From Lama guanicoe (taxonomy: Eukaryota): 60,000 nucleotides of DNA. The stretch lies in assembly GCA_013239625.1 (NCBI GenBank), contig MU054187.1, positions 5,219,757-5,279,756 of the forward strand. Reading direction: 5' to 3'. The position numbers and the translations under genes were made by a program. Positions 52,151 to 60,000 of this stretch are shown here, in pieces (position 1 is the stretch's first letter; each line of letters opens with the position of its first letter). Below the pieces are notes generated by a model. It was not told where the DNA came from and did not search any database. It was given only the letters and a program-made list of their open reading frames with translations.

Positions 52151-52850
52151 CAGGATTAGGTGCCGCCATGATGGTTTTGTAGAATGGCCACAGCTTAGAG
52201 TTGTGCAGGATACAACCTGCACAACTGTGCATGGAAGGCCACCAGGATACAACTCAGGATACAACTTTCTTTACGTCCAAACTCCTTTCTAGTATGTTGC
52301 ACCCTGGAAGCAATATGGAACCAATTTCCCTCTGTGGAAGACATGGAACAAACTGTGACTTTGTGTAGATATGAGGAAGTGTGGCCTGGGGAAAGTGAGG
52401 GAAGTGATGTTTGTTCATGGCACCTTGGAGCGGCCCCTTTTCCACCCCTACCCCGGCAGGCCTTTCCTGTCATCTTCCCTGTGACCCCTCTTGCTGTCTC
52501 TGTGACTGGAACTTCCAACCACCCTACGCAGACTTGCTCCCTCGCCCCCTGGAAACTAGCTCTCTCATTTTGCTGATGGTGGCTCATTTAAGTCTAAGCT
52601 TCTTATCAGCTTTGTGAACTTGAGCCAGTGACATGTGACATGTCTGTTCTAAGCCTTGTTTCTCATGGGTAAAATGAGACTAAATGGACACAGTTTTAAT
52701 GGAAATACTTATTAATAATTATTTAATAAGACCGAGTGTGTAAAAATACCAATGTCAAACTTGAAATACAGTAAATTCCATAAATTATCCTCTTCCTCCC
52801 TCTCCTCCCCTCATTTTAACTTACATGCACTTTATGTATGTATGTATGTA

Positions 52851-53042
52851 TTTTTTAGTGAAGTAGAGTCAGTTTACAATGCTGTGTCAATTTCTGGTGT
52901 ACAACATAATAGTTCAGTCATGCATGTACATACATATATTCCTTTCATAATAGGTTATTATAAAATATTGACTATAGTTCTCTGTGCTCTACAGTAGGAA
53001 TCCGTTGTTTATCTATTTTATCTATAGTAGTTAGTATCTGCA
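52851..53042 (-). mobile_element. Young L1 3' terminal fragment
   Basis: 'gaagtagagtcagtttacaatgctgtgtcaatttctggtgtaca...ttgtttatctattttatctatagtagttagtatctgc', preceded by a (TATG)n tail. Confidence 0.85.
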
Positions 53043-53739
53043 CATATCTGCATATATGCAATTTATCAGCATATACGCATTTAAAATTTGACCTTTCTTT
53101 GAAACCATTCTCTGTAGTCTCTTAAAATAACTGAACAGTGAGAGTTCCTGCCAGTTTTGAGGGCAGAGCTCGAGCAGACCAAGAGCTGTGAAGCCCTGTG
53201 GGCCCGTCTGCTTTTCGGCACCCAACCAACCACACAGGGTCTGGTCTCCCCATCTAATGGACTTAGGACTGAAATGTCGAGATGCTCACCTAGGGTTGCA
53301 TTTTGCGTGAAGGATGTCATGAAGGCCACTTTGCTCGGGTCATCAGGAAGTTTGGAGAAGGATGAGGTCGAGGATGCTCTTTCAGTAATAACACTGCCCT
53401 GACCTAGCTCTTCTCTCTGCTTCTCTCTGCCCTTTCTGTGGCCTTTAGAACTGGCTGTTCCCTACCCCATGCCCTCTGCTGTCCTTCGGCTCCCTGCCCT
53501 CTGTGCCTCCCTCTTTCTTTCCTTCTTTTTCTTCCTTCCTTCTTCGTTTTCTTCACACCTCATACTAAAACGACATTCTAACTCCCTTACACTTCCTCAC
53601 TTAAGCCTCGCCTATATTTCTGAGTAACGGTAGTTACCTGTCTAGGCTTGAATTCTATGAATATTATATAGGCTAATAAATCCAGCAAAGAACATATTTA
53701 AAAAATAATTTTTCTCTTAGAAAGATTTCATACTCAAAG

Positions 53740-54560
53740 AGTGCCAGAGCATTTTTTCCCCTCTTCCTCAAACACCTGGTAATGAAATTTATTGACATAT
53801 AAACTTAATAAGCTGCTAATTGAGTAATTATCGATTGCAGGAAATGTGTTCTTAAAAGTCACATTAACAATTGGCAGCGAGGCAAAAAATAAAACAGACT
53901 CAGTTTTGAACTTATTTTGTAGCATTACCTTAAAATTGTAAAGAGTTAATCTTATCACACTACACATGGTTGAATTTATAAAAGATAAAATCACAGACGA
54001 GTAATGCACAGTTACTTGCTACATATTCTTCCCATTACAACTGACAGGTTCATTAATCATACAGTGTATTTTACTATTAGAAGCTATAAAGGAGATCAAA
54101 TCTCGAGTAATTTTTCTTCTTCTCTTTCATTTGATAAGTGTGTTGTTTCAGTGTGCAGATAAAATACAGTGTCAGTCACCAACGGTCTCCAGAGATTTTC
54201 ATTTTTCCAGTAAGAATATCCTTGCTTATTTGCAATGTAAAAATTCCCTGGATCGCATATCGTTTTCCCTTAACTTGGCCATCAGATCAGGGGAACGGTC
54301 TGTGTGCACCAATTTGCAGTATTGGCCACGCAGAAGTAAGTGTTGGGGAGAGGGTCCGTGTTCCGGGGGACAGCGGTTTTGCTCACCCCGCTTTGATGGT
54401 ATTAATGACGAACCCTTCTATTCATAACATAACATCGATTCATAATGAAGGTTCTTGTAAATTACACAGATTGCTGACAGATTTCATAAGCTGTTCTGGG
54501 GAGAGGTGGCAAATTTTACAGTTTGTCACAGACTGCCAATGAAGTGCTTGAAAGCGTAAA
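53740..54560. promoter_or_regulatory. Candidate conserved non-coding element / developmental enhancer
   Basis: Repeat-free block with homeodomain TAAT cores, two ATCGAT, two TGACAG, AACAAT, CTTTGAT and GATA motifs. Conservation is inferred, not measured. Confidence 0.45.
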
Positions 54561-55483
54561 TGAAATACAAGAATATTTGCCAATAAATAAGGGAGCCTGG
54601 AATACTCCCCTTCACGGTGTGTGATGAAAAAATATATCGAAAAAGGGTACCTTCCTGCTTAGAAAACAAAAAATTGTAGTTTTTCCCCTAGCTTAGGAAG
54701 AAAGCCTGAAAGAGATGCCATCAATCCAAATGGTAAAAACAGATGGACATATTTTTTTTTCTAATTAGTAAGGAAAACGGAAACATGCCTTTTTTTTTTA
54801 AATCTCTTGTCAACTTAAAGAGCAGAAGTCAGCCATGAACATTCTTCTGTGTTTCTCAGTGTTCCCAGTTTTCTCTTTTGATTTTTTAAAAGTCTAACTT
54901 ATAAATAAAATTCTTAGAATTTCTTAGTTTTGGTGATGTGTGTGACACTGATGTGCTGTAATTTATACAAGAACCACTTCAGCGTTGTTTTTCAGTGCTT
55001 CTTGCCAACCTAAGTATTCTAAATATAAACTGAAGAAATTCGGTCTGGCACAAAACAGCTGATGAAATATTCTGGGCTTGCATTCCAGTATTTTCCCAGA
55101 AGACCTTCTATGAGAAGCTGGGAATGTAAAGAGACCTTGATTAAAATGCAAAAGCGTCCGCAGCCCGGGTGCGCGTAGACGCGGTTTGGAGCCTGTCCTG
55201 AGCGGCCTTTCAGCCCCATCACAGGCGCCTGGGTTCTGACCGGGGCGCAGCCGCGTGCGCGCTCATCGTCTATTTTGGGGCGATGGCTACCTTTCCAGAT
55301 GAAAGGTCTCCCTTAAATAGGTGCCACTCTGTCTTGTCTGCCCAGTAGGCCATCTGCAGGGGCTGGATTGGTAAAGCTATTTCCTCGTCCCACCCTAACT
55401 TAAAATTGCATTTTCACACCTATTCGAGAACTGAGCGCTCATTTGGTGAATGTGAGCAGAGTAAAGAGTCCCCACTCATCCTT

Positions 55484-55632
55484 TTTTTTTTTTTACTTAC
55501 TTATTCAATCATTCATTCATTGTTTATTGAAGTACAGTCAGTTACAATGTGTCAGTTTCTGGTGTACAGCACAGGGTCCCAGTAACGCATACATATACAT
55601 ACATTTGTTTTCCCATTCTTTTTCATCAAAGG
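55484..55632 (-). mobile_element. Young L1 3' terminal fragment
   Basis: 'tttattgaagtacagtcagttacaatgtgtcagtttctggtgtacagc'. TSD cccactcatccttt / cccacttgttcttt at 55470-55483 and 55633-55646. Confidence 0.85.
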
Positions 55633-55720
55633 ACCCACTTGTTCTTTCCTCAGGGCTTTCTTCCCTTCTAGTTACACAGATAATTGCCTTAGGTCTGTTT
55701 TGTTTGTTTGGGTTTTTTAT

Positions 55721-55722
<2 letters not shown>

Positions 55723-55756
<34 letters not shown>
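55723..55756. repeat. Poly(T) tract (~34 nt)
   Basis: Read directly. Confidence 0.95.
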
Positions 55757-55760
<4 letters not shown>

Positions 55761-57374
55761 GTTTTTGATATAAGCATCCTGCCTTATACTTGAGATAGGA
55801 TTCTCACAGTACCTTTGGTTTGCTAAGAGCTAAGTATACAAGATCAGCTCAAAACCTGGACTAAGGGCTTCTGGTCCATGAAATCTAATGCCTGAGCATG
55901 ACGTTATGACACCACAGGGGACCTGGCTGCGATCAGGGTGCGAGGAACTCTCGGTTCTTACCCCGTGGACAGGTCCCTTCTTTTTCTTTACAAATACAGA
56001 GCATCGTTACTGGGTTGACGTCTCTTCAAAGCACAGGATTACTGTAGAAAAACATCCCTCGAAGGGGTCATTTGAAAGATGAAGAAGGAATTTCTGATGT
56101 AAAGATTGCATGGATTTCTCCACGTGGTTGTGGTTTCTGGGCTGAAACTGTCAAGGTGTGACTGGCCACCCAAGTCACTGCATCTCAGTTTCTCAAAGGC
56201 TCATCCCATCGCAAAGGGATGAGTGGGTGGAGAGAACTTTTGGGAAACGCTTACGTACTTTAGCGCCCTCCCTCCTGTTTCTAGAAGAGTTTAGTGGGAG
56301 TTTATTTCTATCATGGCTCTTTGTTTCAGAACAGCCGGCAGTTAGACCCAGGCAAGCAAGGCTCTGTCCTAGGCCAGAAATCAGAGCATCTTCCTCCAGC
56401 TTCTGTGGGGTAGCCCTGCTTCAAGCAAAAGACGTCTAGGATTTAGAGATGTTGGAAGTAAAGCCAAGACGTGGTGTTATTTGCTGTGCTGGTGGTGGTT
56501 TAATTTGCAATTGATATGCACAATTAGCACATTAGGTTTTCGTTAGTATAATCTCCCCCCAGCTTCAGGGGTATTGAGTCTATTCTTAGATACTCTTCCC
56601 TAAAAGTATATAAATATTTATTAATGTATTATCCCCATACACTGCCAAGTGTCATGAAATATAACGTGGAGGAATGCCAAACATACCGTGGGTGGTAATG
56701 GATTTTTTTGGAAGCAGTGAGATGAGTGATTTGCCATATGGATCTAGACAAGTAGGAAAAGGTGGAGTCTGGGAGCTTTACCTCCTGTCTCTCTAAGTCA
56801 TCGGTGGTGATGGGAAAATGTCCCTCTCTTTAAGCGTAAATTGATCTCAGTCTATCTTTGTATCCATATCTGTAGCAATATCTACATCTAATTTTTTGCC
56901 CCTATTTTGTAGTCTGTCTTAGTTGAATACTTGTTTATAGCTGTCAAATAAATGTGGTGTGAACAGCTACCAGGAAACTTGTATATTATGAACCCCTAAT
57001 GGCTTGAGAGAGGAGAGTAACTGGGAATTATTTAGAGAGACTGCCTGGCATTTTTGCAAAGAGAAATATTTTCTGTACTTTGAAAGTCAAAGCTTGTCAC
57101 TGTGGATCCAGGAAGTGGATGTGGAATCATCTGGAATGATCTAGAAACATCTAGCACTTTTGACTATATGACTCTGTTTTGGATCCTGAGGGATGAAAAT
57201 ATTTTCTTCTTGACTTTCCTAAATATTCTGGGTCCTTGCTTTCATCTCATCCCCCATAGGCCCTGCTCCAAATAACCTACCAGCTCATGGTGCATCCTAC
57301 AGATGTTTCTCCACTGTGACTATCTTCCCACCATTTCCCACATTTTGAATAATCTCTGATATTTTCCATTTCAC

Positions 57375-57880
57375 CACCCCTTCCCCAGGTCTGCTTCTTC
57401 TGCTTTTTGTGTGTGCCCTGCAAGTCTGGATGTTATGAACTAGCATCAGTGGATTTCCTGTCCTTGGCTTCTGAGTGGGCTCTGCCAATGGGAGGCACCT
57501 TCAGGAGATCAGAGGGCATAAAGGGGTCTTGGAGTGCTCATTATTTTGGCTTCTTTCCCATCAGGCCTTGGTCGCTGCAGTTCCCTTCTGAAGGCCAGAG
57601 CATCTGTCAAGTGCTGGACCACACAGCTTTCTCCAGTTCCTGGAGCTGCTCTCACCCTGGTCTTCAGGTCGAGGAGTAGTGTTGACTTTCCACTACCGTT
57701 AGTTCCAGAGTGCTTCCCCAGCCCTGCAGGCTTCCCTCAGCCTTGCGTGTCAGACAAACACTACCTTCCTTACAGTCTCTTATGACCCTTTTTGAGTGTT
57801 CCCTGTCTCACTCGGGCTGGGAGCCATATAGGTACAGATTCCTTCCCTCTCCTCTGGTTTCTCAGTGTCTGTTGTTTCTA
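57375..57880. mobile_element. ERVL LTR (LTR33-like)
   Basis: 'ggcttctgagtgggctctgccaatgggaggcaccttcaggagatcagagggc' resembles the recalled LTR33 consensus. Confidence 0.6.
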
Positions 57881-57951
57881 AATTTAATAAACAGAGCGAG
57901 TCCTGGATTTCTCCATCTCATCCCTAGAGCCTTCTGATCGTCATCAATTAA

Positions 57952-58295
57952 GTGTTAGGTTAGGTTTGCCATATCATAGAAAGACATGTTTCCTCAAATA
58001 ATGTGGCTTATATAAGATAGAAACTCATTTCTCTCTCACACTAAGGAAGTTGCAGTGTAGATACACAGGGTATTTATGGAGCTCTTCTGAAGGCCATCAG
58101 AAAGCCACCTACCCGAGGAGGTCCAAGACGGTTTCTAGGTGACACCTGTGTCTCAGGGAAAAAGAATGGGGGAAGGACAGGGTTGGGGCTTCTCTCTTCT
58201 CTATTAAGAAGCTATCCTGGAAATACAGCAGAAGAGTGATTACATTATCCGTGCCATTCTTTGAGCTGAACTCACATGTGATCTAGCTAAAGAAA
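57952..58295 (-). mobile_element. Old MaLR LTR fragment (MLT1-like)
   Basis: 'cctcaaataatgtggcttatataagatagaaactcatttctctctcaca'. Confidence 0.6.
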
Positions 58296-58643
58296 CAATC
58301 AAGGACAATAATCATAAAAACCAGAAGGTCTGTGTACCTATGGTCAAACCCCGTCCTTCTGAAATTGAGGAAACTAAAGTACATTGTATTTACATAACTG
58401 GCCAGGTTTTCACAGGTTATAGGCAAGGAAACTGGAGCAGAAGCCTGGCTTTCTGGCCCCTAACTAAGCCGCTGTGCCCATGTTGCTCCGGGGAGCCCTG
58501 GAGTCCGGGCCAGGGACGGACAGGGAGCTGGGCTCGTCTTTCTCACGCTGATCTGATCATTGTCTCCATCGGGCTTGGTTGCAAAGTTCCATCTGAACAA
58601 AGAAATCTGTGGCTGAAACAATTCTGTACCCCAGTGTGTTGTG

Positions 58644-58844
58644 CTGGGGGTTGGCACACCGTGGCCTCTGGGTCAGATCTGGTCCTCCACCTGTGTGTGC
58701 GTGGTCCACAGACTCAGATTGGTTTTTGCATTTTTAAATGGTTAAAAATACTCAAAAGGTTAACATTGCGTGAAACATGAAGATTTTATGCAATTTGACT
58801 TCCGGTGTCTGTGAGTAAAGTAGTATCGGAATGTGCCTCCCTCA

Positions 58845-58877
<33 letters not shown>

Positions 58878-58990
58878 TCTGTGGCCGCTCTCAACGGCAG
58901 AGTTGCATTGCGGTCACTGAGGCCACATGGCCCAAAGAGCCAAACGTGTCTCCAGCCTGGCCCTTCACAGAGCAGGGCGCTCCCTCCCGG
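58644..58990. mobile_element. hAT-Charlie MITE, MER58B-like, with internal (TG)n expansion
   Basis: 'ggggttggcacaccgtggcc...ggtttttgcatttttaaatggttaaaaa...gaggccacatggccc...ctggcccttcacaga'. (TG)n at ~58847-58876. Confidence 0.8.
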
Positions 58991-59139
58991 GGTTCCCTCC
59001 GTTGCCTTACCGGTCTCTTCTTTCTCTGGACTTACGTACCATTTATGGTTTGTGTCACACAGGGCTTGAGTGCAGAGCAGATTCTCGTTGAGTTAGTTGA
59101 GTCAAATGTGTTATCTCCATTTCCTGTGGAATCATGGGC

Positions 59140-59498
59140 TGTGTTAGTTTTTTTCAGCTGCCACAACAAAACATCACATGCTGGAGACAAACCACAGCGA
59201 TCTATTTCTTCGAGGTTCTGGAGGCTGGGGGTCTGGGACTAAGGCGTCTGCAGGGTTGGTTTCTCCTGAGCCTCTCTCCTTGGCTTACAGACGGCCGTCT
59301 TCCCTCTGTGTCCTCAGGTGGCCCTGCTGTCTCTTCCTCTTCTTATAAGGACACCAGACCTATTGGATTAGGGCCCCACTTTTATGATCTCCTTTAATAT
59401 TAATGACCTCCCTAAAGGCTGTATTTCCAAAGGCAGTCACAGTGGGGCCTTAGGGCTTCAACATATGAATTTCAGGAGGACTTAATTCACTCATAACA
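59140..59498 (-). mobile_element. MaLR solo LTR (MLT1A-like)
   Basis: TG...CA termini. 'gttctggaggctggg', 'cttcttataaggacacca' and 'gggcttcaacatatgaattt'. Confidence 0.88.
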
Positions 59499-60000
59499 GA
59501 TGACAAAGGGTAATATTTTAGGATGCAGTCTTCTTAATCAGATTATGATATCCTGGGGTAGGAGGAGGCGAGAACATGCAATACAGTGGTTTTATTGTCA
59601 GAACTGGAAATACTGGTCTGACCTTTCCTGACGGATCTCTCTATTCCTATTACTCATCCTACCCATGGTGGGTCTGACTGACTGCATTCACTTTCTTCAT
59701 TTCTCACCTTGAAATAAAAGGGCTTTGCATCTCGCTAAACAAGTCACATAAAAGAACAAAGGACATCGTCGGAGACCTTGAAGGGAAAGCAGAAAAAGAC
59801 TGTGTAAAGTAGAAGAGCATTTTCAATACTTTCTAATGTCACTGGAACATTCTGCTCTAACCCCAAGTGGGAGTTAGAAGCAGAGAACATCAAAAGATAA
59901 GCCATCAGGCTGGTATCCTGTCTTTGTCAAGTGGTGCCTCTGTTGTCCGAGTCTCACTGGGATAGAACAGTGATTGGAGGCTGTTAATAATCACCACTGA

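Noticed and set aside
55209..55229. REST/RE1-like TTCAGCCCCATCACAGGCGCC
   Set aside because: It lacks the GGACAG core of the right half-site and has too many mismatches.
55538..55777. Poly-lysine ORF
   Set aside because: Translation of a poly(T) tract and an L1 3'UTR fragment.
58340..59242. Longest ORFs (146 and 145 aa)
   Set aside because: They run through a MER58-like MITE, a (TG)n repeat and an MLT1 LTR, with no recognisable protein similarity.
1..60000. CRISPR arrays, operons or other prokaryotic-type systems
   Set aside because: The sequence is mammalian repeat-rich DNA with no regularly spaced direct repeats or long ORFs.

Overview
Repeat-rich, AT-rich mammalian non-coding DNA. It is most likely camelid, inferred from seven copies of a tRNA-Ala(AGC)-derived SINE of the vic-1 type and short cetartiodactyl-type L1 3' ends. 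I recognise no protein-coding exon, intact RNA gene or CRISPR array; the ORF track is noise apart from a decayed L1 ORF2 fragment. The window holds L1, L2, MIR, MaLR/ERV LTRs, hAT and Tigger MITEs and microsatellites, separated by several repeat-free, motif-dense blocks that look like conserved enhancers. Most L1s and LTRs lie on the minus strand, which suggests an intron of a + strand transcript. The most unusual object is a ~350 bp TSD-flanked retroelement at 23483-23828 that joins the L1 5' promoter end directly to the L1 3' end, i.e. a spliced or internally deleted mini-L1. Repeat family names come from recalled consensus sequences, not database searches, and many boundaries are approximate.
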